From a virus, in the IMG/VR virus record IMGVR_UViG_3300007735_000800, positions 1 through 64,000 of that record: a stretch of 64,000 nt of DNA. The stretch is one strand, 5' to 3'. Every line of letters starts with the position of its first letter. Positions within the stretch are counted from its first letter, which is position 1. Positions 44,675 through 55,581 of this stretch are shown here, one piece after another. The notes under the pieces were generated by a model that worked only from the letters and a program-made list of their open reading frames with translations, did not search any database and was not told where the DNA came from. The position numbers were made by a program, and so were the translations under genes.

Positions 44675-46174
44675 TTATTTATCTTTTGGTAGCTCCATTG
44701 AGACTATCTTGTAGTCAAACTTTTCTTTTTTGTATATCTTTACACGCTCTTCAAAATGTTTGAGCACATGGTTTTTCTGTGACTTCCACGAAAGATCATC
44801 AACAATATCAAAAACCTTTAGAGTTTTTTTCTTTTCTGATACTCTAAGTCCTCTTCCTATGCTTTGCAGCAAACGAATTACCGATTTAGTAGGAGAGGCA
44901 AAAATAATATTATCAAGGTTGACAATGTTGATGCCAGCAGAAGTAGTACCAAAAGACGCAACCAAAATGGCATCTTTTTCACGATCCACGACTCTGCGGA
45001 TGTATTCTCTTGTCTCAGCTTCTGTCTTTCCAGATATAAAATATACTTTTCTATCGCATCCATCTGCCTGTATGAGATCCGCGAGTGGCTTTCCATGGAT
45101 CTCAACGTAGTTGAAGAGTATGAGTGTGTTTCCTTTTGTTTTGAGGGCAAGGTCTCTGATGAATTGATTTCTTTTTTCATTGGTTACAATCCACTTAATT
45201 TCATCTGGATACTTCTGCTTTTTTAGCAGTTGCTTCTCTTCCTCTGTATATTTAAGAATTATGCAATCTATACCAAGAGTTGCAAGCAACCCTTTTGTCA
45301 TAAGACCTTTGGTTTGTATGAACTGAACAGCTGGCCCTAAAATACCTTCTATGCTCAACCTATGTGCTTGTGTTTGTTGGAGGGTTCCGGTTGTGCCGAT
45401 CCTAAACCAAGCTTTTGATAATTTTTGTCCAATAAAATTTATTGATTCGGCCTTTGCTTGATGGCATTCATCAAAGAAAACTGCATCAAACTGTTGAAAC
45501 CATTCTTTAGGTAGCTTGTATATTGATTGCCAAGTTGAAACAACAATTTGTTTGTTGGTATCTTTATCTTCTCCAGCAAATATTTTATGTATGTATTTTT
45601 TACAAGACCAAGATTTGTCTTGAGAGCAATAATCAAAAAAATCAGATTCCATCTGATTTACCAATCCTACCGTGGGAACTAATATTAAAATTTTACGATC
45701 TGTACCGATAACCTTTTGCAGATATCGAACCAAGACGTATATTATCAAACTTTTTCCAGATCCTGTCGGAGATATTATAACCGATCTGTGATTGTTCAGG
45801 CCATGAAGTATTGCCTGTTCCTGGTGAACATGCATCTGCACATCTTTTTTTCGGACAGATACTTTCAGAGATTTGTAGAATTCCGAAAGTTCTTCCTTTG
45901 TTATGCATAAAGGGTTTTTTGTCTCTTTAATATTTATGGTGTATTTTCTATCTTCACAAAATTTTTGAAGATATGTTTTTAACCCTCTTGGGAGTGTGGA
46001 TGACAGAATATCATATAAACGAATCTTTCCATCCCACAGCCTACGTTTAAACATAGGCATATATTGCGCTCCGGGAACCATAAATGAAAAATAGTCCCTA
46101 AGTTCTTTCTTTAATGCTTGTTCTGTTTTGATGTAGTAGCGAACTTCATCAATAGATTCAACTTCAATATCCAC
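44675..46174 (-). CDS. uvsW: UvsW DNA helicase
   Basis: WDGKIRLY; SPTGSGKS; FFDECHQAKA; LQSIGRGLR. Confidence 0.97.
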   Translation of the reverse strand: MDIEVESIDEVRYYIKTEQALKKELRDYFSFMVPGAQYMPMFKRRLWDGKIRLYDILSSTLPRGLKTYLQKFCEDRKYTINIKETKNPLCITKEELSEFYKSLKVSVRKKDVQMHVHQEQAILHGLNNHRSVIISPTGSGKSLIIYVLVRYLQKVIGTDRKILILVPTVGLVNQMESDFFDYCSQDKSWSCKKYIHKIFAGEDKDTNKQIVVSTWQSIYKLPKEWFQQFDAVFFDECHQAKAESINFIGQKLSKAWFRIGTTGTLQQTQAHRLSIEGILGPAVQFIQTKGLMTKGLLATLGIDCIILKYTEEEKQLLKKQKYPDEIKWIVTNEKRNQFIRDLALKTKGNTLILFNYVEIHGKPLADLIQADGCDRKVYFISGKTEAETREYIRRVVDREKDAILVASFGTTSAGINIVNLDNIIFASPTKSVIRLLQSIGRGLRVSEKKKTLKVFDIVDDLSWKSQKNHVLKHFEERVKIYKKEKFDYKIVSMELPKDK

Positions 46175-46181
46175 ATAATAT

Positions 46182-46619
46182 TTATGATATTCCGTTCATC
46201 ATTTTATTCCATTCGATGGCAGATTTAATCATAAAATTTCTGTTATTTAATGATTTAATAAACTCTTCAACCATCTTGAGTTTTACTTCAGTCACAGCCA
46301 ATTTTGATTTTAGTTCTATTACTTTTACATCTGCTTCAACAAATTGCTCAACATCGCTTTTTAGCAAAGTAAGATCCGAAGGCTCTTCCCCCCAGGCTTC
46401 CAATTCTTCTTTGGAGGCTTTACCGGTATAAATTTTCCATTTCCTCAATTTTAAAACAGCCAAGTCGTTTTGGTGTTTTGTCAAAAGTAATTTGACATCT
46501 GCAAGTATTGTTAAATACTTGGAGTGTATTTGAGGTATCTTAAGAGACTCTATACCTAACTCTGTAGAGTCTATTTGAGAGTCTTTAGTAATAAGTTCTT
46601 TAAGGTTATCTAGATTCAT
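46182..46619 (-). CDS. uvsY: recombination mediator UvsY
   Basis: DSQID.TEL..ESLKIPQIHSKY; W.IYTGK; RNFMIKSAIEW. Confidence 0.93.
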   Translation of the reverse strand: MNLDNLKELITKDSQIDSTELGIESLKIPQIHSKYLTILADVKLLLTKHQNDLAVLKLRKWKIYTGKASKEELEAWGEEPSDLTLLKSDVEQFVEADVKVIELKSKLAVTEVKLKMVEEFIKSLNNRNFMIKSAIEWNKMMNGIS

Positions 46620-46642
46620 CTTTAATACTCTTTTTTAGAGTT

Positions 46643-46708
46643 ATTCTAAAGTACCTTTAGATAAAGTCAAATAAATATTCTTGACAATTATATAAAGTAA
46701 TCTATAAT
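46643..46708. promoter_or_regulatory. divergent sigma70-like promoters with 16-nt spacers
   Basis: minus TTGACT(46670-46665)-N16-TAGAAT; plus TTGACA(46681)-N16-TATAAT(46703). Confidence 0.75.
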
Positions 46709-46725
46709 TTATTTGAGGACTATAC

Positions 46726-47361
46726 ATGCAGATCGACTTACGTGAAATTCCAGTTGTTTGGATAAATCTGGATTCGGCAAAAAAGAATGCTGAAACCATG
46801 GAAGAAAGATTTAAAAAGTTTGGATTTAAAAATACACATAGAAAATCCGGACTAATAATTCCACCTCCACCCAATACAGATAAAAGCATTGCTCATTTTA
46901 GGGGATGTGGACAATCACATATAGACATTTTAGATGATGAAAATTATTCAACACCACTTCTTGTTTTGGAGGATGATGTTGAGTTTATTGAAAATTTTAA
47001 TCCTGTAATAGATATACCAGAAGAATCTGATGGAATTTATCTTGGTGTATCAAGTGGAAATCTTTTTTACAAATCATGTAGGAAAGATCAAAATTACCTT
47101 CGAATAGCAGGAATATTGGCTGCACATGCCATATTGTATGTAACCCCTAGATTCAGAGCAGCGATGTCTGAAGCTGGTAAATATTGTTTATATGAAATAA
47201 ATCAACCATGGGATGTTGGAACTGCAGCTATACAAGTAAATTATAACGTGTATACACCCAATATACCACAAATATTTCAATGTGATGATAGAGAAAATGC
47301 CAATAAATGGCAAAGACTCACGGATAAACCTCTGGAAGATAGAAAGTTTATTTTTCCATGA
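46726..47361 (+). CDS. glycosyltransferase, GT25-like
   Basis: VWINLD...GCGQSHIDIL...LVLEDD...AHAILY. Confidence 0.75.
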   Translation: MQIDLREIPVVWINLDSAKKNAETMEERFKKFGFKNTHRKSGLIIPPPPNTDKSIAHFRGCGQSHIDILDDENYSTPLLVLEDDVEFIENFNPVIDIPEESDGIYLGVSSGNLFYKSCRKDQNYLRIAGILAAHAILYVTPRFRAAMSEAGKYCLYEINQPWDVGTAAIQVNYNVYTPNIPQIFQCDDRENANKWQRLTDKPLEDRKFIFP

Positions 47362-48185
47362 TAACATTTAATTCACTGGGCAGATTCGGAAAACTTGGAA
47401 ACCAGATGTTTCAGTACGCAGCATTAATTGGTCTAGCAGAAAAAAATGGATATGAGTACGGAATTCCATATTCCAACAGGGAATGGGGAATTAGTGCATG
47501 GTATGATTGTAAATTATTTTTACCGGATTTATTTAACATTACTGCCAAAGACTCAAGCTCAATTGACAACAAACACAAATTTAGATATGATCAATTAATT
47601 TATAATGAGAAGTTTTTTTCATTGCCGGATAATATAGATATTTTAGGGTATTATCAAAGTGAAAAATATTTTACACACTGCAAAGATAAAATTTTAAAAG
47701 AGTTTTCTTTTAAAAATGATGATTTGGTAAACAAAACAAAAGAAGAATTTGATAACAAAAAATTTATAGGTCTTCACATTAGACGTGGTGATTATTTAAA
47801 AATACCGCACATACATAAAACATGTAATCAAGAATATTACATTAAATCAATAAATAAAATTTTAGATAATGTAAAAGATGAACATTTTTTATATGTTTTT
47901 AGTGATGACATAGAATGGTGTAAACACAATTTAAATTTTAATATTAAAACTTTTTTTGATGATTCTCCAGAATCTGAAGAAAAATACTATACAAACCAGG
48001 AAAAAACTTTAATAAAAATGAGTTTATGCAATCATTTTATTTGCGGTAATAGTTCTTTTAGTTGGTGGGGATCTTATCTTATCAAAAATTCAAATAAAAT
48101 TGTCTGCATGCCAAATCAATGGTTTGGAGAAGGTATAAAAGAATCTTGGTCTGACATTTATTATGATGGGGTTTCAATAATATGA
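47358..48185 (+). CDS. alpha-1,2-fucosyltransferase family GT11
   Basis: GKLGNQMFQYA; GYYQSEKYF; GLHIRRGDY; FSDDIEWC; NSSFSWW. Confidence 0.9.
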   Translation: MITFNSLGRFGKLGNQMFQYAALIGLAEKNGYEYGIPYSNREWGISAWYDCKLFLPDLFNITAKDSSSIDNKHKFRYDQLIYNEKFFSLPDNIDILGYYQSEKYFTHCKDKILKEFSFKNDDLVNKTKEEFDNKKFIGLHIRRGDYLKIPHIHKTCNQEYYIKSINKILDNVKDEHFLYVFSDDIEWCKHNLNFNIKTFFDDSPESEEKYYTNQEKTLIKMSLCNHFICGNSSFSWWGSYLIKNSNKIVCMPNQWFGEGIKESWSDIYYDGVSII

Positions 48186-49003
48186 ATAAGCTTCACATCA
48201 TAACAGATGCATTTAACAACAGTTCTTGCTTAAATTATCTTCCAAAAACTTTTAAATGGGTATTCAATACATATCCTTCTGACAATGGTCCAGTTGTATA
48301 TTTTGATTCTTCAATATTTACTAAAATAAATGATGAATATTCTGGAACAAGATATGGTTGGTTAGGAGAATCTTCAGAAATTATTGCACCATTGATAATG
48401 GGAGTTACATCAAATAAAGATGTATTAAAATTAAGATATAAAAAAATTTTTACAAATGACAGAAGAATTGTCAGTATAGATCCAACTTTTTTTGTTTATA
48501 ATCCCCCAGCATCAAACATGCCGTGGGTAAAAGAAAGAGAAGTATTTACAAAAACAAAATTGTGTTCATACATCACAAGCTTCAAGCAATTCACGTCAGG
48601 TCACATTAAAAGAATGGAATTGTTTGAAAAATTAAAAGATAATCCAAAATTCAAAGATCATATATTTGGAAGAGATTATAGATTTATTGAAAACAAAATT
48701 GATGGGCTTAAGGATTATATGTTTTCTATAGTTGTAGAAAATAGTATCTATCCAAAGTATTATACAGAAAAAATTACTGATTGTTTTGCCACAGGAACAA
48801 TACCAATATATTATGGGGATGAGTCTATATGTGAAGATTTTGATAGATCTGGAATTATATTTTTAAATGAACTTGAATCATTTGATGATTTAAATGAAGA
48901 GTTATATAAAAATAAATTAAGTAGTGCAAAAAATAATTTAATAAAATTAAACTCCATGAAATCAGCTGATGATTACATTTACGAAAACATATTAAATGAT
49001 TAA
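48182..49003 (+). CDS. GT10-like fucosyltransferase
   Basis: YMFSIVVENS...YYTEKITDCFATGTIPIYYG. Confidence 0.75.
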   Translation: MNKLHIITDAFNNSSCLNYLPKTFKWVFNTYPSDNGPVVYFDSSIFTKINDEYSGTRYGWLGESSEIIAPLIMGVTSNKDVLKLRYKKIFTNDRRIVSIDPTFFVYNPPASNMPWVKEREVFTKTKLCSYITSFKQFTSGHIKRMELFEKLKDNPKFKDHIFGRDYRFIENKIDGLKDYMFSIVVENSIYPKYYTEKITDCFATGTIPIYYGDESICEDFDRSGIIFLNELESFDDLNEELYKNKLSSAKNNLIKLNSMKSADDYIYENILND

Positions 49004-49865
49004 ATTACATATATCAAATTTTTGGCCATCGTTTGATTACACTAATAATTTTTTTGTAGAATTATTTAAAGATATTTACACACAAGATATAATTTTTACA
49101 AATATCAACGATTGCAATTTATGTTTGATTGCGGATTGCAATATTCCACCAGAATTAGATAAAACAAAAACAAAAACCATTTGTTTTACCGGAGAACCAA
49201 AAAAAATAGATTTTTCTTTATGTGATTATTATCTTACTTTTGATCCCGATTCCGACAATAATATAAGACTGCCTTTATGGTATATTTACATTAATTTTTA
49301 TAATTTAAATAATCAAAAAAATCCTATTCCAGCAGTAAAACCAAGTGAGATTGACGATAATATCTGGCTAAATAAATTAAAAAATAATTTTTGTATAGCT
49401 CCTTTTTCTGTTGCTACTAAAGCTAGAATTGAATTTTATAATTTATTAAATTACTATAAACCAACATATGGATTTGGCCTACCTTTTGGTAACGGAGATC
49501 AAGATAGAAATGAATTAAAAAAATATGACGTAATTTCTAATTTTAAATTTTGCATGACTTTTGAAAATACTTGCAAACAGGGATATGTTACTGAAAAAAT
49601 TTTACAAGCTAAAACAGCCGGATGTATCCCAATATATTGGGGAGATGAATATGTTACAAAAGATTTTAATCCAAATAGTTTTATATATGTAAATAAATTT
49701 AAATCTTTTAATGAATGCTTAGAGTATGTAAAATACGTAGATAACAATTTTGAAGAATACAATAAATATTGTAAAGAACCATTATTTTTAAATGATATTG
49801 AAACAAATTTAAATATAATAAAAACAAAAATTAAAAATAAATTAGCCGATAAGATAGGAAAATAA
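48996..49865 (+). CDS. alpha-1,3-fucosyltransferase family GT10
   Basis: FTGEP; RLPLW; FKFCMTFEN...GYVTEKILQAKTAGCIPIYWG. Confidence 0.88.
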   Translation: MIKLHISNFWPSFDYTNNFFVELFKDIYTQDIIFTNINDCNLCLIADCNIPPELDKTKTKTICFTGEPKKIDFSLCDYYLTFDPDSDNNIRLPLWYIYINFYNLNNQKNPIPAVKPSEIDDNIWLNKLKNNFCIAPFSVATKARIEFYNLLNYYKPTYGFGLPFGNGDQDRNELKKYDVISNFKFCMTFENTCKQGYVTEKILQAKTAGCIPIYWGDEYVTKDFNPNSFIYVNKFKSFNECLEYVKYVDNNFEEYNKYCKEPLFLNDIETNLNIIKTKIKNKLADKIGK

Positions 49866-49870
49866 TTATT

Positions 49871-50401
49871 ATGGAACATTTTTATAAAAATTTGGGAGAA
49901 GATTGGTTTTCATATTCTGAATTATACAATAATATTGTAAAAACACACGGAAGTGGAAGTCATTTTGTTGAAGTTGGATCTTGGAAGGGGAGAAGTTCTG
50001 CTTATATGGCAGTAGAAATTAATAATTCTGGTAAAAATATTAAATTTGATTGTGTTGATATTTGGGAAAAATCAGAAGAATACAGTGAAGAAAATTTATA
50101 TGAACAGTTTTTAACAAATATTAAACCAGTAAAACATATTATAAATCCAATTAAAATGAAATCAGTGGATGCTTCTAAATTATATGAAGATAACAGTTTA
50201 GATTTTGTTTTTATTGATGCTTGTCATTTTTATGAATGTGTAAAAGAGGATTTAGAAGCTTGGTATCCAAAAGTAAAATTAAATGGAATTATTGCTGGTC
50301 ACGATTTTCATTCAGAAAATATTAGAAAAGCAGTAGAAGAACAATTTCCAGAATTTTATTTTAGTCAACAACAAAATATTTGGTTGAAAACAAAAAAATA
50401 A
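49871..50401 (+). CDS. class I SAM methyltransferase (Methyltransf_24-like)
   Basis: VEVGSWKGRS; LDFVFIDACH; GIIAGHDF. Confidence 0.88.
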   Translation: MEHFYKNLGEDWFSYSELYNNIVKTHGSGSHFVEVGSWKGRSSAYMAVEINNSGKNIKFDCVDIWEKSEEYSEENLYEQFLTNIKPVKHIINPIKMKSVDASKLYEDNSLDFVFIDACHFYECVKEDLEAWYPKVKLNGIIAGHDFHSENIRKAVEEQFPEFYFSQQQNIWLKTKK

Positions 50402-50421
50402 AAAATTATGTCTTAAATAAT

Positions 50422-51153
50422 ATGATTAAAACAAAAATTTTAAGTATACCAAATTCAAATAGAAAAGACGATATAAAAAAACAAATGGAAAAAAACCATA
50501 TTTGTTTTGATTTTTTTGATGCAATTACTCCAAAAGATTTTTATTTAACACAAGAAAAAAATATTACAAAAATAATATTAAAAGACTCAATATATTTTAT
50601 AAATTCTGAAGTTGTAAATCCAATTATAAAAAGAAATTACATGAGAGTTGGAGAGGTTGCATGTGCAATATCACATATTAAAATATGTGAAAACCTTTTA
50701 AATAATGAAGAAGATGATTATTATCTAGTATTAGAAGACGATACAGTATGTTTAAAAGATATTGAAAAACTTTATTTACTTAAAAATTACATTAAAAATA
50801 ATATTAATAAACAAGATTTAATCTATCTTTTAAATTATTCTCCATCTTTTCAACAAAGAAAACCCTGGTATTATGATTTATGTGAAAAAATAGAAGATCA
50901 TTTTTATGTTTTAAAAAACAATCCAAGTATCTTTTTAGAAGCAACTAATGCATTTATTATTAATAAAAATTTTTGTAAAAAATATTTAGAAATAGTGAAA
51001 AATATCGGACTGATTGGTCCAGCAGATAGCGCGTTAATACATATGTTTGCCAATAAACATATATCTGTTTCAATAACAGATTTAGATTATTTTTCTCCCA
51101 TATTTGAAAATAATCCAAGTTTTGTACATCAAACAGAAAAAATATCAATATAA
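50422..51153 (+). CDS. glycosyltransferase GT25
   Basis: FDFFDAI; GEVACAISH; LVLEDD; start moved to ATG 50422. Confidence 0.8.
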   Translation: MIKTKILSIPNSNRKDDIKKQMEKNHICFDFFDAITPKDFYLTQEKNITKIILKDSIYFINSEVVNPIIKRNYMRVGEVACAISHIKICENLLNNEEDDYYLVLEDDTVCLKDIEKLYLLKNYIKNNINKQDLIYLLNYSPSFQQRKPWYYDLCEKIEDHFYVLKNNPSIFLEATNAFIINKNFCKKYLEIVKNIGLIGPADSALIHMFANKHISVSITDLDYFSPIFENNPSFVHQTEKISI

Positions 51154-51193
51154 TATTTGATTTATTTAAAATATTATTAATAATTCATCTTCA

Positions 51194-52108
51194 ATGAAGA
51201 ACATACATTTTTATAATTTATTTCATAATGGTGATTTACATTATTCTAGAGAATTTGTAAAAGATATTATTAATAAAGTAAAAAATAAATATAAAATTGG
51301 TTATTATATTAAAAAATTAGAATCATCATCATTAAATGATATTGATATTGAATTTAAAAATGTAGATAAAAATAATATTTTGTCTACATTTTTAATTTCA
51401 AATTGCCAAAAAATTATAAAAGAAGAACAAAATGATATTTTTGTAAATACATGGATAGGTACAAATAATGCCAAATATGTAAGCAAACATAAATGTTCTT
51501 TAAAAAGTAATTATTTGCTTTATAAAGATATTTTTGCTTTTTTAGATATACCAATAGATTCAATTTCAAATTATATACCATCTATAGATTATTCAAAATT
51601 TAAAATAGAATCTATAGATAAATTTTTTAATAACAATAAACAAAATTTTTATTGCCTAATATCAAATGGACCGGTACACTCTGGTCAAGCTAATTGTTTT
51701 GATTTATCAAATATTATAAACATTCTTAGTAAAAAATATTTAAATATTGGTTTTATTTTAACCCATAAAACAAATTTGGAACATTCATCAAATATTTTTT
51801 ATACAAATGATATAATAGGTTTACAAAAAGATTTAAATGAAATTTCATATTTATCACTAAAATGTAAAATTATTTTTGGTAGGGCTAGTGGGCCTTATTG
51901 CTTCTCACATGTTAAAGAGAACATGTTTGATATAGATAAAACAATAATAGCCAATTCAAATTTTATAGAAGAGGGTCTATGGGCAATGGAAGATGATTTT
52001 GAAAACAAAAAACATTGTAAACAAATTTGGTTGAATACAGCTTCTGATGAAGAATTAATGAATATAATTCAAAATGAAATAGATGTTAAATTGGAAAGTA
52101 AAATATGA
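51194..52108 (+). CDS. probable glycosyltransferase (GT-B-like)
   Basis: HNGDLHYSREF; LNEISYLS...GRASGP; island context. Confidence 0.5.
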   Translation: MKNIHFYNLFHNGDLHYSREFVKDIINKVKNKYKIGYYIKKLESSSLNDIDIEFKNVDKNNILSTFLISNCQKIIKEEQNDIFVNTWIGTNNAKYVSKHKCSLKSNYLLYKDIFAFLDIPIDSISNYIPSIDYSKFKIESIDKFFNNNKQNFYCLISNGPVHSGQANCFDLSNIINILSKKYLNIGFILTHKTNLEHSSNIFYTNDIIGLQKDLNEISYLSLKCKIIFGRASGPYCFSHVKENMFDIDKTIIANSNFIEEGLWAMEDDFENKKHCKQIWLNTASDEELMNIIQNEIDVKLESKI

Positions 52109-52470
52109 GCATATCAAATAATATTGAACAAATAATAAAAGAAACAGTCTCTAAAACCTTAGAGAAAAAAAACATACCCGAAAATCCATCTGATTATTAT
52201 TTTACAGACAATATAGCTGAGACTATCGAAAAACTCTGCATACTTCATATAAGAACATGGTTTTTAGAGGACATGGCTGGAGTTTGTAAAACAGATTCTG
52301 AGTTAGCAGATATAAAAAGAAAAGTAGACATTTGCTTCAAACAAAAAAGGCCAGCTTTAATTCAAGCAATAAATAGAATGGTAGATGCTGCTATATTAGA
52401 TGGAAAAAGTTTAAAAGAAGATTCTGTAAAAATTTATAAGGGATTTGTTAATGATTCAGCTACCAATTAA
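52105..52470 (+). CDS. DUF4254-like helical protein
   Basis: ETIEKLCILHIRTWFLED...KRPALIQAIN. Confidence 0.55.
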   Translation: MSISNNIEQIIKETVSKTLEKKNIPENPSDYYFTDNIAETIEKLCILHIRTWFLEDMAGVCKTDSELADIKRKVDICFKQKRPALIQAINRMVDAAILDGKSLKEDSVKIYKGFVNDSATN

Positions 52471-53620
52471 ACTAGTTAAAGATACGATTTCATCGTCAGA
52501 AATAGATTTATTGTGTGACTGGTTAAAAACCTATCCACAATTAACTAAAGGCAAATTAACTGAACAATTTGAAGCAGAGTTTGCAAATTGGACTGGTACA
52601 AAATATTCTGTTTTTGTTAATTCAGGATCATCAGCAAACTTAGCTATGATCTATGCATTAAAAGTATCAAATAAACTAAAAAATGAAAAAATTGTTGTCC
52701 CATGTGTTTCTTGGGTTACCACGGTAAGTCCAATTATTCAATTTGGAATGAAACCAATTTTATGTGAAACAGATAAAGATAGTTTGGGCATTGACATAAA
52801 TCATTTTGAAAAAATTTGTAAAGAAGAATCTCCCGCCTGTTTGTGCCTAGTACATGTTTTAGGATTTCCAAACAAGATGAAAGAGATTAAAGAAATTTGT
52901 AAAAAATACGATGTAATACTATTAGAAGATTCTTGTGAAAGTGTTGGTACAGAATATGAAGGAAAAAAAACGGGTACCTTTGGGCTGATGTCTTCTTTTT
53001 CAACATATTTTGGTCATCATTTTTCTACAATAGAAGGTGGTTTTATTTGCACTGATGACTTTGAATTATATGAAGTATTAAAATCAATCAGATCGCATGG
53101 TTGGAGTAGAGATCTATCTGAACAAACTAAAAACCGCCTGCAGTCAGAGCATCAAATTGATGATTTCAGAAACCTATACACTTTTTATTTTCCCGGTTTT
53201 AATTTAAGAGCAACAGATGTTCAAGCTTTTTTGGGATTGAATCAATTAAAGTCTTTGAATGAAAAAAATAATAAAAGATATAAAAATTTATTGACATATC
53301 ACTCAAATATAAAAAATAGTTATTGGAAAATTAAGTTTAATAATTATGTAAGTAATTTTGCTTATCCAATAATACACCCATTAAAGAATAAAATTGTAGA
53401 AAAATTAAAAGAAAATCAAATAGAGTGCAGACCATTAATTTGTGGTAGTATGTCCAGACAACCATTTTTTTATCAAAGGTATGGTATTGTTGAACACAAT
53501 TTTTCAGATATAATTCATGATTATGGATTATATTTACCCAATAATCCAGATATGACCGAAGAAGAAGTATTGTATATTTCAAATACAGTTAACTCAATAA
53601 CAAAAAATATAAATGAATAA
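52451..53620 (+). CDS. colD: PLP-dependent GDP-4-keto-6-deoxymannose 3-dehydratase, ColD-type (DegT family)
   Basis: VNSGSSANL; EDSCES; FSTYFGHHFSTIEGG with His at the usual Schiff-base Lys position; RSHGWSR; IECRPL; about 390 aa. Confidence 0.75.
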   Translation: MIQLPIKLVKDTISSSEIDLLCDWLKTYPQLTKGKLTEQFEAEFANWTGTKYSVFVNSGSSANLAMIYALKVSNKLKNEKIVVPCVSWVTTVSPIIQFGMKPILCETDKDSLGIDINHFEKICKEESPACLCLVHVLGFPNKMKEIKEICKKYDVILLEDSCESVGTEYEGKKTGTFGLMSSFSTYFGHHFSTIEGGFICTDDFELYEVLKSIRSHGWSRDLSEQTKNRLQSEHQIDDFRNLYTFYFPGFNLRATDVQAFLGLNQLKSLNEKNNKRYKNLLTYHSNIKNSYWKIKFNNYVSNFAYPIIHPLKNKIVEKLKENQIECRPLICGSMSRQPFFYQRYGIVEHNFSDIIHDYGLYLPNNPDMTEEEVLYISNTVNSITKNINE

Positions 53621-54557
53621 AAACTCTAAAATATTTGTTGCGGGACATAAAGGACTTGTTGGTTCTGCTTTGATGAGAAAACTCCATGAAAATGGATTTA
53701 CAAACTTAATAACAAAAACTAAAGATGAATTGGATTTGAGAAATCAAATTGACGTTAAGTATTTCTTCGATAAAGAGAGGCCAGATTACGTATTTCTAAG
53801 TGCCGCAAAGGTCGGAGGAATTGGCTGGAATAAGAATTGTCCAGCAGAATTTATATACGATAATTTGCAAATACAAAACAATATAATTCACAGCGCGTAT
53901 TTAAATGGAGTCAAAAAACTTTTGTTTCTTGGATCGGCGTGCATTTATCCCAAGATTACACCTCAACCAATTAAAGAAGAATATTTGATGACGGATCAGC
54001 TTGAACCAACAAATGAAGGATATGCTTTATCAAAAATTGTTGGTTTAAAAATGTGTCAATACTACACAAAACAATATGGATTCAATGCCATATCATTGAT
54101 GCCAGCTAATTTGTATGGAATCAATGATAATTTTAATGTAGAAAAATGCCACGTTATACCAGCATTGATACGTAAATTTATTGATGCAAAAGAAAATAAT
54201 GAATCATCTGTGGTGTGTTTTGGTGATGGTACTCCGACACGAGAATTTTTGTTTTCTGACGATCTTGCTGATGCATGTTTATTCTTAATGAAAAATTATA
54301 ATTCTCCAGAAATAATTAACGTTGGTTCAGGTATGGATGTAACCATAAAAGAACTAGCGGAAACAATAAAAAGTAAAATAGGATTTAATGGAGAAATTAT
54401 TTGGGATACATCAAAACCAAATGGAACTTCACTGAGAAAAATATGTAATAAAAAAATAAATTCTATGGGCTGGAACGCCACAACCAAACTAGAAGATGGA
54501 ATATCGAAAACAATAGATTGGTATTTGTCAAATAGAAAAAATTATTATAGAAATTAA
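53613..54557 (+). CDS. fcl: GDP-L-fucose synthase / ColC-type epimerase-reductase
   Basis: AGHKGLVGSA; AAKVGGI; LGSACIYPK; YALSK; PANLYG; HVIPAL. Confidence 0.93.
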   Translation: MNKNSKIFVAGHKGLVGSALMRKLHENGFTNLITKTKDELDLRNQIDVKYFFDKERPDYVFLSAAKVGGIGWNKNCPAEFIYDNLQIQNNIIHSAYLNGVKKLLFLGSACIYPKITPQPIKEEYLMTDQLEPTNEGYALSKIVGLKMCQYYTKQYGFNAISLMPANLYGINDNFNVEKCHVIPALIRKFIDAKENNESSVVCFGDGTPTREFLFSDDLADACLFLMKNYNSPEIINVGSGMDVTIKELAETIKSKIGFNGEIIWDTSKPNGTSLRKICNKKINSMGWNATTKLEDGISKTIDWYLSNRKNYYRN

Positions 54558-54591
54558 TTGAATACTTTAAAATATAAAATATACTACTAAT

Positions 54592-55572
54592 ATGAATAAA
54601 AAAGCTTTAATTATTGGTGCAAACGGCCAAGATGCGTCATATTTGGCTGAATTATTAATTGAAAAACAATATGTAGTTCACGGTACAATCAGAAGAAATT
54701 CTGTACCAGAATCTCAGACAACCAGAATTCAACATTTGCACGATAATAATTTAATTACCCTGCATTATGCAGATCTTACGGACCCAATTAGCATTGAAAG
54801 CGTAATTCAAAAAATACAACCAGATGAAATATATCATTTAGCTGCACAGTCTCATGTTCAAATTTCTTTTGATTTACCTCACTATACTTTAGAAGTAAAT
54901 GGTTGTGGAACGCTGTCTGTATTAGAAGCAGTCAGGCGGTTTTCACCACATTCTAAAGTTTACCATGCAGCAACATCTGAGATGTTTGGAAATTCAAAAG
55001 ACCCAGATGGTTACCAGAGAGAAACTACACCAATGGTTCCGGTGAGCCCATATGGATGCGCTAAACTATATGCACATACTTTATGCAGAAATTATAGCCA
55101 GGCTTATAATATTTTTGCTTGCTCTGGAATTCTTTTTAATCACGAATCTCCAAGAAGAGGGATAAACTTTGTTACAAATAAAGTAGCAAATCAAGCAGTT
55201 AAAATTAAATTAGGTTTGGCGGACAAATTAGTTCTTGGGAATCTTGAAGCCAAACGTGATTGGGGGCATGCAAAGGATTATGTAGAAGCAATGTGGCTTA
55301 TGTTACAAAAACCAACTCCAGAAAGTTATGTTATTGCTACTGGAGAAACTAGAACTGTAAGAGAAATGACACTGTACATTTTTAATAAATTAAATTTAAA
55401 TTTTGACAAATATGTGTCTACAGATGAAAAATATTGTAGACCAGAGGAATTACACTATTTAAAAGGTGATGCAACAAAAGCTTATACAGAATTAGGATGG
55501 AAACCAAAAATAAAATTTGAAACTATGATGGATGAAATGGTAGATTTTTGGATAAAAAATTATAAAAAATAA
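54592..55572 (+). CDS. gmd: GDP-mannose 4,6-dehydratase
   Basis: GQDASYLAE; LAAQSHV; SEMFG; SPYGCAK; FNHESPRRG; RDWGHAKDYV. Confidence 0.96.
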   Translation: MNKKALIIGANGQDASYLAELLIEKQYVVHGTIRRNSVPESQTTRIQHLHDNNLITLHYADLTDPISIESVIQKIQPDEIYHLAAQSHVQISFDLPHYTLEVNGCGTLSVLEAVRRFSPHSKVYHAATSEMFGNSKDPDGYQRETTPMVPVSPYGCAKLYAHTLCRNYSQAYNIFACSGILFNHESPRRGINFVTNKVANQAVKIKLGLADKLVLGNLEAKRDWGHAKDYVEAMWLMLQKPTPESYVIATGETRTVREMTLYIFNKLNLNFDKYVSTDEKYCRPEELHYLKGDATKAYTELGWKPKIKFETMMDEMVDFWIKNYKK

Positions 55573-55581
55573 TTAATAACT

